DNA of 64,000 nt from contig JAFSRR010000091.1 in the NCBI GenBank assembly GCA_017446025.1, positions 8,661 through 72,660 of the forward strand. Direction: 5' to 3'. Position 1 is the stretch's first letter, and each line of letters begins with the position of its first letter. Under the pieces are notes generated by a model. The model had not been told where the DNA came from and searched no databases. It saw only the letters and a program-made list of their open reading frames with translations. The DNA is from Bacteroidales bacterium (GTDB taxonomy: Bacteria; Bacteroidota; Bacteroidia; Bacteroidales; UBA1402). Positions 19,049 to 28,329 of the stretch are shown one piece after another. The position numbers were made by a program, and so were the translations under genes.

Positions 19049-20311
19049 TCAGGCCCGGGGTTCCTCGTCTTTGATGATGGTCTGGGTGGGATCGATGAAG
19101 AAGAACAGGATGGCGCTGATGATGAGCATGGCGGCGATGAGGTAGAGCGGCAGGTTGTAGTTGCCCGAGGCGCTGACCAGATAGCCGAAGATGGTGGCGC
19201 AGACAAAGCCCCCCAGGTTGCCGGCCGTGTTCATGGCCCCAGAAAGGGCACCGGCGTATTTCTTGCCCAGGTCGATGCAGAGGGCCCAGGCGCTGGGCAG
19301 CATCAGGTCGATGATGCCGAAGCAGAGCGACAGGAACACGAAGACCTGCATCTTGCCGGGGATGAAGGCAGCCAGGAACATGCAAACGGCTGAGATGACC
19401 AGCGCGGCCGAACCCACAGCCTTGCGGCCTACCTTCAGCCCATATTTGGCCGTCAGGCGGTCGGTGATGTAGCCACCGGAGATATTGCCCACCATGCTCA
19501 GGACAAAGGGCACAGCGATGGCATAGGTGAGCTGTGATTTCTCAAAGCCACGGCCCAGTTCCATGAAAGTGGGGAACCAGGAGAAGAAGAACCAGCTGCC
19601 GAAAGCGTAGAAGAAATACATGCTCAGGATGAGCCAGAACTGCTTTGAAGAGAAGAACTGACGCCAGGGGATGCGGAGCTTTTCCGTGACCTGGGCCTTC
19701 ATGACCGGAGCCTCCTCCATTTCCTCGCGGCTGATGCCACGCATCTGGGAAGGATGGTTGCGATAGAACAACAGCCAGACCAGGGCCCAGACCACGCCGA
19801 CGGCACCCAGGATGTAGAAGGCTGTGCGCCAGCCCATGTGGGTGACGATGGGAATCACCACGAAAGGTGTGAGGGCACCGCCCATACGGGTAGCCGCCCA
19901 GATGAAGCCCTGGGCCTTGCCCACCTGGTTCTTGGGAATCCAGCGGCTGATGACACCTGTCGAGCAGGGAGAAGAACCGGCCTCGCCCACTCCGAACATG
20001 AGGCGCACCAGCAGCAGGCCGATGAAACCCTGGGCCATGCCGGTGAAGATGGTGAAAGCCGACCACCAGAGCACAATGAGGGTGAGCACGCTGCGGTGTC
20101 CGCGTTTGTCGCCCCAGGCGCCCATGGGAATCTGCATCAGTCCATAGGAAAGGATGAAGGCGCTCAGAATCCAGCCCCATTGGTCGGGCGAGATGTTCAA
20201 ATCGCGCATGATGTCCGAACCGGCCACACTGATGTTGATACGGTCCAGGAAGGTGACGACGCCCAACAGGACGAGCATCGCCAGTATCAAGGTTCTTTTC
20301 TTGACAGCCAT
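19049..20311 (-). CDS. MFS transporter (anionic sugar / hexuronate-type family)
   Basis: 420 aa with 12 predicted TM segments. FLDRINISVAG and GAWGDKRGHR-type MFS loop motifs are present. Confidence 0.8.
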   Translation of the reverse strand: MAVKKRTLILAMLVLLGVVTFLDRINISVAGSDIMRDLNISPDQWGWILSAFILSYGLMQIPMGAWGDKRGHRSVLTLIVLWWSAFTIFTGMAQGFIGLLLVRLMFGVGEAGSSPCSTGVISRWIPKNQVGKAQGFIWAATRMGGALTPFVVIPIVTHMGWRTAFYILGAVGVVWALVWLLFYRNHPSQMRGISREEMEEAPVMKAQVTEKLRIPWRQFFSSKQFWLILSMYFFYAFGSWFFFSWFPTFMELGRGFEKSQLTYAIAVPFVLSMVGNISGGYITDRLTAKYGLKVGRKAVGSAALVISAVCMFLAAFIPGKMQVFVFLSLCFGIIDLMLPSAWALCIDLGKKYAGALSGAMNTAGNLGGFVCATIFGYLVSASGNYNLPLYLIAAMLIISAILFFFIDPTQTIIKDEEPRA

Positions 20312-20326
20312 GGCTTACAATTGAGA

Positions 20327-20995
20327 TTACAACATGCCTTTTTCCTGCAGGAATTTCTTGAGACCCTGCACACCGGAAACGGGGCTGGAGAGCACCGGCT
20401 TGCCGGTGATTTCACTCAGTTTCTGCTCCATGCGGGCCATCGAACCCTGGGCCAGGACAAAGAGGTCGACCTGGTCGGCGATCTTTTCGGCGGCTTCGCG
20501 GATGAGACGGTCGTGGGTCTCCCCATCGCCCGACTGACCGGCCTGGAAAGCCCCCTTGGCCAGGCCATCGACCAGCACGACTTGTCTGCCGGCTTCGCGG
20601 GCGGCACGTTCAAGCAACCGGCGGGTCGGGTCGAGTGTGGTGGGCAGCGTGGAGATCACGGCAATGCGCTTTGCCGAATTGACGGCTTTCACAGCCATGG
20701 GATAGTCGATGCGGAACACGGGGATCGGGGCGATTTCATTGCCCAGGTCGGCGATGTCGCCCACCGAAGAGCAGCAGTTGAACACCACATCGGCACCGCT
20801 GTCGGCAGCCGTCAGGTAATAACCCAGCAAACGGCGGCGCACGGCCGGGGTCACCTTGTCGTTGGCGATGACCTCCTGGATGAGGGTGTCATCGGCGATA
20901 TGGTTTAACTTCACTTCGGGGAGGTACTCCTTGAAAATCTTGGTCAGCGGTTCGACCAGGGCCATGGCGGTATGCACGGCAACAACTCTAATCAT
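20327..20995 (-). CDS. Asp/Glu/hydantoin racemase superfamily protein
   Basis: 222 aa: MIRVVAVHTAMALVEPL...GADVVFNCCSSVGD...RIAVISTLPTT...LFVLAQGSMA. The layout matches the two-lobed racemase / arylmalonate decarboxylase fold. The exact activity cannot be called. Confidence 0.55.
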   Translation of the reverse strand: MIRVVAVHTAMALVEPLTKIFKEYLPEVKLNHIADDTLIQEVIANDKVTPAVRRRLLGYYLTAADSGADVVFNCCSSVGDIADLGNEIAPIPVFRIDYPMAVKAVNSAKRIAVISTLPTTLDPTRRLLERAAREAGRQVVLVDGLAKGAFQAGQSGDGETHDRLIREAAEKIADQVDLFVLAQGSMARMEQKLSEITGKPVLSSPVSGVQGLKKFLQEKGML

Positions 20996-21035
20996 AGCGG
21001 TAAGTATTATAAGTTTTCAGACAATTCTGTGGTCC

Positions 21036-21043
21036 CAAAGGTA
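21036..21043 (-). promoter_or_regulatory. -7 box (TACCTTTG on the minus strand) for the racemase-MFS-GH43 transcription unit
   Basis: The plus strand reads caaaggta, about 40 nt upstream of the ATG at 20995. Confidence 0.4.
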
Positions 21044-21145
21044 AGGAATGAGAGTGGCAAAACAAAATTTATTTTGGGATGGCAGTCTGCCAAATTATAC
21101 CTATCTTCGCGCTATCGGGGCAAGCCCCTCTGACAACCCTTTATC

Positions 21146-22330
21146 ATGCTCGAAGAGAGACAGTTGCATATCAACAGAATAATGCAGAAAATGCAGGAGA
21201 GCCAGGTCGGTGCCTGCCTGGTGTCCACCCCGGTCAACACCTATTACGTGTTGGGTCGGATCATCAACGGCTACACCTATCTCGATGTGGACGGCCACCT
21301 GCTGGTTTTTGTCCGCCGGCCGGCCGATTTGAAGGCCTCAGACCTGGACGTGGCCGATGACTGTTTCTTTCCTGTCCGCAAACCAGAACAACTGCCCGCC
21401 CTGCTGGCCGAAAAGGGGCTGTCGCAGCCTTCCACCCTGTGGATAGAGGGCGAAGAGATGCCTCAATCGCAATGGGCCCGGCTCAGCGCCTGTTTTGCCT
21501 CTTCCAGGATACTCAACGGCAGCCACGCCCTGCGCCAGGCCCGCAGTGTCAAGACTGCCCGGGAACAGCAGCTGCTGCGTGAGTCGGCCCGCCTGCACGA
21601 GGCTGTCTATCGCCGCATCCCGGAGGTGTTCCGGCCGGGCATGACCGAAAGAGAACTGGTGGTCGAAATCGAGTACCTGATGCGCAAAGGCGGCTGCCTG
21701 GGACTGTTCCGCACTTATGGCAACGACATGGAGGCCCACATGGGCAGCCTGTTGAGCGGTGACAATGCCGCCGTGAGCTCGCCCTACGATTTCGCCCTGG
21801 GCGGGGCCGGCCATCCTTCCAATCCCATCGGCGCTACCGACACCCCCATCCGCGAAGGGCAGAGCATCCTCATCGACATGTGTGGCAACTTTACCGGCTA
21901 TATGGACGACCTGAGCCGCTGCTACAGTGTGGGGCGGCTGTCAGAGGCTGCCTACCGCGCTCACCAGACCGCCCTCGAGGTGCAGGCTTTCATTCAGGAG
22001 CAACTCCGTCCGGGCAACGTCTGCGAGGATATTTACAACGGCGCCCTCGACATTGTCCGACGCGCCGGACTGGCCGACCGTTTCATGGGCAAGGCCCAGC
22101 AGGCCCACTTCGTCGGACACGGCACCGGGCTGGTCATCAACGAGCTGCCGGTGCTGGCACCCAAGATGAAAGATGTGCTGCAGGCCGGCATGGTGCTGGC
22201 TGTCGAGCCCAAAATCATCATCGACGGCGTAGGGGCTGTCGGCACGGAAAATACCTTCATCGTCACGGAGCAGGGCGGCGACAAACTCGCCACTCTCCCG
22301 GATGAGATTGTTGATTTACTGGATTATTAA
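21146..22330 (+). CDS. M24 family metallopeptidase (Xaa-Pro peptidase / creatinase-like)
   Basis: The C-terminal pita-bread domain shows metal-ligand contexts ILIDMCG..YMDDLSR, FVGHGTGLVINE and VLAVEPK...GTENTFIV. Confidence 0.8.
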   Translation: MLEERQLHINRIMQKMQESQVGACLVSTPVNTYYVLGRIINGYTYLDVDGHLLVFVRRPADLKASDLDVADDCFFPVRKPEQLPALLAEKGLSQPSTLWIEGEEMPQSQWARLSACFASSRILNGSHALRQARSVKTAREQQLLRESARLHEAVYRRIPEVFRPGMTERELVVEIEYLMRKGGCLGLFRTYGNDMEAHMGSLLSGDNAAVSSPYDFALGGAGHPSNPIGATDTPIREGQSILIDMCGNFTGYMDDLSRCYSVGRLSEAAYRAHQTALEVQAFIQEQLRPGNVCEDIYNGALDIVRRAGLADRFMGKAQQAHFVGHGTGLVINELPVLAPKMKDVLQAGMVLAVEPKIIIDGVGAVGTENTFIVTEQGGDKLATLPDEIVDLLDY

Positions 22331-22340
22331 TCATTTATGA

Positions 22341-22544
22341 GAAAAGCCACAGCTTCCTTCAAACCGTCGCGGCAAGCCGCGACCTCCCTCCCAACGGCCA
22401 ATAGGCCGTCGGGCCCCTCCCTTTATGGCGGAGCCATGACCTCCTTGGCGCTCGAAAGAGCAAACGCGTTTGCTCTTTGCTCGCTTATGCGTCGGTTCCC
22501 CGAGCCGAGGGTGGCACGGGTTTTCAGCGATGATGTGGCTTTTC
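22341..22544. repeat. 204-bp structured intergenic element bounded by an 11-nt inverted repeat
   Basis: GAAAAGCCACA (22341-22351) is mirrored by TGTGGCTTTTC (22534-22544). Internal hairpins include GTCGCGGC-aa-GCCGCGAC and ACGGCC-aata-GGCCGT, plus the perfect 18-nt palindrome GAGCAAACGCGTTTGCTC. Confidence 0.45.
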
Positions 22545-22565
22545 CATCAATAGTCAATTATAGTA

Positions 22566-25406
22566 ATGTCCAAAAACGATTTCGCTTCCCGTCATATCGG
22601 GATTTCCGAGCAAGACCAGGCAGTGATGCTGGCCAAGATCGGAGTCAAGAGCCTTGATGAGCTCATCGACAAAACCCTGCCTGAAGATATCCGGCTGCCT
22701 GAGTTGCCCGACCTGCCCGAGGCCCTCACCGAAGAAGAGTTTGCCCGGCGCATCGAAGAACTGGCAGCCATGAACCGCTGCTACCAAAGCTATATCGGCC
22801 AAGGCTGGTATGGTACCCATACACCCGCCGTCATCCAGCGCAACATCCTGGAGAACCCGGTCTGGTACACTTCCTACACCCCTTACCAGGCGGAGATTTC
22901 CCAGGGAAGGCTGGAAGCCCTGTTTGTATTCCAGACCATGGTCTGCGAGCTGACCGGACTCAACCTGGCCAACTGCTCCCTGCTCGACGAAGCCACCTCA
23001 GCTGCCGAAGCGGCCATGATGATGTTCAACCTCAGAAGCCGCGCCCAGGAGAAAGACGGTGTCTGCCGCCTGTTTGTCGACCGTGCCGTTTTTCCGCAGA
23101 CCAAGGCCGTGCTGCGCACCCGCTGCAGTGAACAGGGCATCGTCATCTGCGAAGGCGACTATGCCGCCTTCCAGCCCAGTGCCGACTATTTCGGTGCCAT
23201 CGTCCAGTATCCCAATGCCGACGGCAACATCGAAGACTATCGTGATTTCTGCGAGCAGGCACACGCCGCCGGGATGAAAGTGGCCGTGGCTACCGACCTG
23301 ATGGCCCTGGTGCTGCTCAACACCCCGGGCAGCTGGGGGGCCGACATCGCCTTCGGTTCGGCCCAGCGCTTCGGTCTGCCCATGGGCTACGGCGGTCCGA
23401 CTGCCGCCTTCTTTGCCGCCAAGGACGAATACAAGCGTTTTCTGCCCGGCCGCATCATCGGCCTGTCCAAAGACAACCACGAGAGACCTGCCTACCGCCT
23501 GGCCCTGCAAAGCCGCGAACAGCACATCAAGCGCGAGAAAGCCACTTCAAATATCTGCACCGCTTCGGCCCTGATGGCCGACATGGCCGCCCTGTATGCC
23601 GTCTGGCACGGTCCTGAAGGGCTCAAGGACATTGCCGCCACCATTCACGGCAAAGCCTCCTACCTGGCCGATGCCCTCGAGGTCTATGGCTACACCCAGG
23701 AAAACAATGCCTTCTTCGACACACTCAAAATAGGCCTGCCCGAAGGGCTGACAGCGGCCCACCTCAAGAAGGTCACCGAATCCTACAGGTTGAACCTGCA
23801 TTATTTTGCCGACGGCAAAGTGGGCATCAGCCTGGACGAGACCACCGACGAGGCCGCCCTGGGAAGCCTGATCGAAGCCCTGGCCGCCGCCGTGGACAAC
23901 GCTCCCGTACCTGTGGAGGAAGAAGATTGGCGGAACATCTGCTCGCTCGACGACAGCTACCTGCGCCAAGACGAGTTCATGCCGCAGGCCATCTTCCACA
24001 GCTATCACAGCGAGACAGACATGATGCGCTATATCAAGCGCTTGGAAAACAAGGACATCTCCCTGACCCACTCCATGATACCCCTGGGCAGCTGCACCAT
24101 GAAGCTCAATGCCGCCGCCGAGATGCTGCCGTTGAGCCGACCCGAATTCGCAGCCCTGCATCCACTGGCACCCCAATCGCAGGCCAAGGGCTACCTGACC
24201 ATGATCGAAGAGGTGAGCCGGATGCTCTGCTCGCTGACGGGTTTCGAGGCCTGCTGTCTGCAGCCCAATTCCGGAGCTGCCGGTGAATATGCCGGTCTGC
24301 GGGTGATCCGTGAGTATCTGAAGGCCCAGGGACAGGAACAGCGCCGGCTGATCATGATTCCCGACTCGGCCCACGGCACCAATCCGGCCAGCGCCCACCA
24401 GGCCGGCTTCGACATTGTCCATGTCTGCTGCGACAGTCAAGGTAACATCGACGTCGAGGACTGGCAGGCCAAGGCCCGGGAAAATGCCGATCATTTGGCC
24501 GGCTGCATGATCACCTACCCTTCGACCCACGGCATTTTCGAGCCCCAGATCAGACGGCTCTGCCAGATTGTCCACGACAACGGCGGTCTGGTCTATATGG
24601 ACGGGGCCAATATGAACGCCCAGGTAGGGCTCACCTCGCCGGGCTATATCGGTGCCGACATCTGCCATCTGAACCTGCACAAGACCTTTGCCATGCCTCA
24701 CGGCGGCGGCGGTCCGGGCATGGGTCCCATCTGCTGCAACAAAAAACTGGCTTCCTATATGCCTGTCTATCATCTTGACCGGGCCAAAGGCATAACCGTG
24801 GCAGCCGCGCCCTATGGCAATGTCATGCTGCTGCCCATCACCTATGGCTATCTGCTCATGATGGGCGCCGAAGGACTGCGCCGGGCCACCGAGGCCGCCA
24901 TCCTCAATGCCAACTACATGGCCGCCTGCCTGAAAGACCTTTACGGCATCTATTATACCGGTGCCAAGGGCTATGTGGGACATGAACTGATCCTCGACTG
25001 CCACCGCTTCAAAGAAACGGGTATCGACGACGGCGACATCGCCAAGCGCCTGATGGATTTCGGGTTCCACGCCCCCACCCTGTCCTTCCCGGTACACGGC
25101 ACCCTGATGATCGAGCCCACCGAAAGCGAAAGTCTGGCCGAGATGGATCGTTTCATCGAAGCCATGAAGACCATTTGGGCAGAAATCCAGGCAGTGGCCG
25201 AAGGCCGCAGCGACGCGCAGGACAATCCGCTCAAGAACGCGCCTCATCCCGAGTATGAGCTCACGGCCGACGAGTGGACGCACAGCTATCCCCGCAGCCA
25301 GGCAGCCTATCCTCTGGACTGGGTGCGCGACAACAAGTTCATGATTCCTGTGGGCCGGGTGGACAACGCCTACGGTGACCGCAACCTGGTGGCCACTATG
25401 GCCTGA
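22566..25406 (+). CDS. gcvP: Glycine dehydrogenase (aminomethyl-transferring), glycine cleavage P protein
   Basis: 946 aa: MSKNDFASRHIGI...YIGQGWYGTHTPAVIQRNILENPVWYTSYTPYQAEISQGRLEAL... and the PLP-lysine context NLHKTFAMPHGGGGPG. Confidence 0.95.
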   Translation: MSKNDFASRHIGISEQDQAVMLAKIGVKSLDELIDKTLPEDIRLPELPDLPEALTEEEFARRIEELAAMNRCYQSYIGQGWYGTHTPAVIQRNILENPVWYTSYTPYQAEISQGRLEALFVFQTMVCELTGLNLANCSLLDEATSAAEAAMMMFNLRSRAQEKDGVCRLFVDRAVFPQTKAVLRTRCSEQGIVICEGDYAAFQPSADYFGAIVQYPNADGNIEDYRDFCEQAHAAGMKVAVATDLMALVLLNTPGSWGADIAFGSAQRFGLPMGYGGPTAAFFAAKDEYKRFLPGRIIGLSKDNHERPAYRLALQSREQHIKREKATSNICTASALMADMAALYAVWHGPEGLKDIAATIHGKASYLADALEVYGYTQENNAFFDTLKIGLPEGLTAAHLKKVTESYRLNLHYFADGKVGISLDETTDEAALGSLIEALAAAVDNAPVPVEEEDWRNICSLDDSYLRQDEFMPQAIFHSYHSETDMMRYIKRLENKDISLTHSMIPLGSCTMKLNAAAEMLPLSRPEFAALHPLAPQSQAKGYLTMIEEVSRMLCSLTGFEACCLQPNSGAAGEYAGLRVIREYLKAQGQEQRRLIMIPDSAHGTNPASAHQAGFDIVHVCCDSQGNIDVEDWQAKARENADHLAGCMITYPSTHGIFEPQIRRLCQIVHDNGGLVYMDGANMNAQVGLTSPGYIGADICHLNLHKTFAMPHGGGGPGMGPICCNKKLASYMPVYHLDRAKGITVAAAPYGNVMLLPITYGYLLMMGAEGLRRATEAAILNANYMAACLKDLYGIYYTGAKGYVGHELILDCHRFKETGIDDGDIAKRLMDFGFHAPTLSFPVHGTLMIEPTESESLAEMDRFIEAMKTIWAEIQAVAEGRSDAQDNPLKNAPHPEYELTADEWTHSYPRSQAAYPLDWVRDNKFMIPVGRVDNAYGDRNLVATMA

Positions 25407-25520
25407 AAACTGACATTCTGTCGAATCATAGCGTCAGAAAGCTGCCTTTTGTGGCAGCAATATGAGTAATTGCCCTCTGTGGCAAGGTTTTTGCATGTGG
25501 TTTTGCCAACACGATTGATT

Positions 25521-26105
25521 ATGAGCAAGAACAAGAAGAATAAAACAAACGAAAAGCCCCTGAACGAGCCTCAGAACGCCTCCACTCAGGAACAGAAGCG
25601 GGAAAACCCGAAGACAGGGAAACAGCAGCCTGCCGCCGAGCCGGATCCCACCGCCAAGGAACTGGAAGAACTCAAAGAAAAATATGCCCAGCTCAACGAC
25701 TCCTACCTGCGCAGCCGGGCCGAATTTGAAAACTTTCGCAAGCGCTCGCTGAGCGAGAAGGCGGAGCTCATCAAGAACGGCGGCGAAAAAGTCCTGGTAG
25801 ATCTGCTGCCTGTCATCGACGACTTCGAGAGAGGGTTGGCCGCCATGGACAAAGCTGAAGACGTCGCTGCCTTGAAAGAAGGCATGAACATCATCTATAG
25901 CAAGATACAGAGTTTCCTCAAGCGGAACGGTGTCGAGCCCATCGAGACCAAGGACCAGCCGTTCAATACCGATCTGCACGAAGCCATCGCCATGATTCCG
26001 GCTCCGCAGGAAGACATGAAAGGCAAGGTGATCGACTGCACCCAGAAGGGGTATTATCTCAACGAGAAAGTGATACGTTTCGCGAAAGTGGTAGTGGCCA
26101 ACTGA
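25521..26105 (+). CDS. grpE: Nucleotide exchange factor GrpE
   Basis: MSKNKKNK...[25 protein letters not shown]...[11 protein letters not shown]...HEAIAMIP... I chose the ATG at 25521 over the longer track ORF. Confidence 0.9.
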   Translation: MSKNKKNKTNEKPLNEPQNASTQEQKRENPKTGKQQPAAEPDPTAKELEELKEKYAQLNDSYLRSRAEFENFRKRSLSEKAELIKNGGEKVLVDLLPVIDDFERGLAAMDKAEDVAALKEGMNIIYSKIQSFLKRNGVEPIETKDQPFNTDLHEAIAMIPAPQEDMKGKVIDCTQKGYYLNEKVIRFAKVVVAN

Positions 26106-26127
26106 CCGCAGAAGGAGTAAAAGATAT

Positions 26128-27285
26128 ATGGCAGAAAAAAGAGATTACTACGAAGTGCTTGGCGTTGACCGCAACGCCTCGGACGAAGACATCAAGAAAG
26201 CCTACCGCAAGAAAGCCATCCAGTATCACCCCGACAAGAACCCCGGTGACAAGGAGGCAGAAGAAAAATTCAAGGAAGCGGCGGAAGCTTACGAGGTGTT
26301 GAGCAACCATGAAAAACGGCAGCGTTACGACCAGTTCGGACATGCCGGTCTGAATGGAGCGGCCGGCGGCGGTTTCAGCGGCGGCGGTTTCTCCATGGAG
26401 GATATTTTCTCCCAGTTCGGCGACATCTTCGGCGGCCATTTCGGCGGCTTCGGCGGTTTCGGCGGTTTTGGCGGCAGCCGTGGCGGACAACGGGTGAACC
26501 GGGGTTCCGACCTGCGCGTCAAGGTCAAACTTACGCTGAAGGACATCGCCAACGGCGTCGAGAAAAAGATAAAGGTACGCAAGCAGGTGGCCTGCGAACA
26601 CTGTCACGGCACAGGGACCGAAGGCGGCAACGCCTACAAGACCTGCCCCACCTGCCAGGGCAAAGGTGTCATCAACCGCATCTCGAACACCATCCTGGGC
26701 CGCATGCAGACCCAGAGCGTCTGTCCCGACTGTCAGGGCGAAGGCAAGATCATTGTCAACAAATGTCCCGAGTGCCACGGCGACGGTGTTGTCGTCAAGG
26801 AAGAGATCATCACCATCAATATCCCGGCCGGTGTTTCCGAAGGCATGCAGCTGACGGTGAGCGGCAAGGGCAATGCTGCCCGCCGCGGCGGCGTGAACGG
26901 CGACCTGTTGGTATTGATCGAGGAAGTGCCCGACAAGGAGTTGATCCGTGAAGACAACGACTTGATATACAACCTGCTGCTGAGCTTCCCCACGGCGGCT
27001 TTGGGCGGCACGGTCGAGATTCCGACCATCGACGGCAAGGTCAAGGTCAAGATCGATCCGGGGACCCAGCCGGGCAAGGTGCTCCGTCTGCGGGGCAAAG
27101 GCCTGCCCACCGTCAATCGCTACGGCAACGGCGACCTGCTGGTGAACATCAGTGTGTATATCCCCGAGAATCTGAGCCGGGACGAGAAAAAACAGATCGA
27201 GGCCATGGGCCAGTCGGAGAATTTCAAAACCTCTCCCAGCCTGAGCCAGAAGATCTTCTCACACTTCCGGAATTTGTTTGATTAA
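26128..27285 (+). CDS. dnaJ: Molecular chaperone DnaJ
   Basis: J domain (DYYEVLGV...YHPDKNPGD), G/F-rich linker, and four CxxCxGxG zinc-finger repeats. Confidence 0.95.
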   Translation: MAEKRDYYEVLGVDRNASDEDIKKAYRKKAIQYHPDKNPGDKEAEEKFKEAAEAYEVLSNHEKRQRYDQFGHAGLNGAAGGGFSGGGFSMEDIFSQFGDIFGGHFGGFGGFGGFGGSRGGQRVNRGSDLRVKVKLTLKDIANGVEKKIKVRKQVACEHCHGTGTEGGNAYKTCPTCQGKGVINRISNTILGRMQTQSVCPDCQGEGKIIVNKCPECHGDGVVVKEEIITINIPAGVSEGMQLTVSGKGNAARRGGVNGDLLVLIEEVPDKELIREDNDLIYNLLLSFPTAALGGTVEIPTIDGKVKVKIDPGTQPGKVLRLRGKGLPTVNRYGNGDLLVNISVYIPENLSRDEKKQIEAMGQSENFKTSPSLSQKIFSHFRNLFD

Positions 27286-27306
27286 AAAGGCTTTCTGAGT
27301 CGACTC

Positions 27307-28305
27307 TCAGCCGATATAGGTTTCCAACAAGGTAGCCTTGGGCTGGGGCAACAGAGAATAATCGGCCAAGGCGGCCGGTACGAGGACGGTCTCTCCACGA
27401 CGGAGGACCGTTTCTTTTTGTTCCTCTCCAGCCAGCAGGCGGACACTGCCCCCGATGCAGATGCAGATGACGAAACTGCCCAGGTGGCGCAAATCACGAT
27501 GCAGCGCCCTTGTTCCCGTCGCTGCATTCAACTCCAACAAGTTGGTGGTGAAATAAGGACAGTCGGCCAGGGTCACTGCCTGGTTTTCGACCCGCTCGTA
27601 ACGGATGCGGCTGTCGGTGTTGCGCCGGTAGTCGAGCACTTCGGCGGCCAGGGCGGTATGCAATTCACGACGCTGTCCGTTGGCATCGACCCGGTTGTAG
27701 TCGTACAGACGGTAAGTGTAGTCGGAGCTTTGCTGGATTTCGGCCAACAGCAGGCCCTTGCCAATGGAGTGCACACAGCCCGGATGAATAAAGAAAGCAT
27801 CCCCGGGTTGCGGCTGTTCCCGATGCAGCACTTCCTCGATGCTGTCGTCGGCGATACGGCGCTTGTACTGGGCCAGGTCGATATCCTCGGAGAAACCTGT
27901 CACCAGCCGGGCACCGGGCTCGCAGGAGAGCACATACCACATCTCGGTCTTGCCTTTGGCCGAAGCGCCGTGGTTGCTGCGGGCCGCTTTGTCGTCGGGA
28001 TGGACCTGCACCGACAGATCCTGCTTGGCATCGATGAACTTGATGAGCAAGGGAAATTCATTGCCAAATCGAGCCTGAACTTTCGTCCCCAACAAGCCTG
28101 TGGCATCTGCTGCAATCAGTTCGCTGAGCGAACGGCCTTTCAGGGCCCCCTCGCTCACCACGGACACATGGCCTTCGAGCTGGGAGATCTCCCAACTTTC
28201 GCCTATGCCGTCGCGCTTTTCGGGCAACGATTTGTAGGAGCAGATTTTGTCTCCGCCCCAGATGACTTGCTTCAGTATCGGTTCAAATTTCAGTGGATAC
28301 CACAT
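27307..28305 (-). CDS. manA: Class I mannose-6-phosphate isomerase
   Basis: MWYPLKFEPILKQVIWGG...ESWEIS...FPLLIKFIDAKQDLSVQVHPDD...GKTEMWYV...HSIG. Confidence 0.85.
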   Translation of the reverse strand: MWYPLKFEPILKQVIWGGDKICSYKSLPEKRDGIGESWEISQLEGHVSVVSEGALKGRSLSELIAADATGLLGTKVQARFGNEFPLLIKFIDAKQDLSVQVHPDDKAARSNHGASAKGKTEMWYVLSCEPGARLVTGFSEDIDLAQYKRRIADDSIEEVLHREQPQPGDAFFIHPGCVHSIGKGLLLAEIQQSSDYTYRLYDYNRVDANGQRRELHTALAAEVLDYRRNTDSRIRYERVENQAVTLADCPYFTTNLLELNAATGTRALHRDLRHLGSFVICICIGGSVRLLAGEEQKETVLRRGETVLVPAALADYSLLPQPKATLLETYIG

Positions 28306-28329
28306 GGAGTTCAGGCTGTTAGGTAATGA

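Noticed and set aside
22331-22565. Glycine riboswitch upstream of gcvP
   Set aside because: I looked for the conserved GGAGAG ... CACCGAAGGGGCAA ... CUCAGGCAAAAGGAC core on the plus strand and could not find it. Only a weak resemblance (CTCGAAAGAGCAA) is present. A covariance-model search (RF00504) would be decisive.
22337-22657. A 106-aa ORF spanning the M24-gcvP spacer and the start of gcvP
   Set aside because: It overlaps the palindromic or inverted-repeat element and the true gcvP start. Its translation is Ala/Ser/Pro/Arg-rich with no recognisable features. I treat the region as non-coding.
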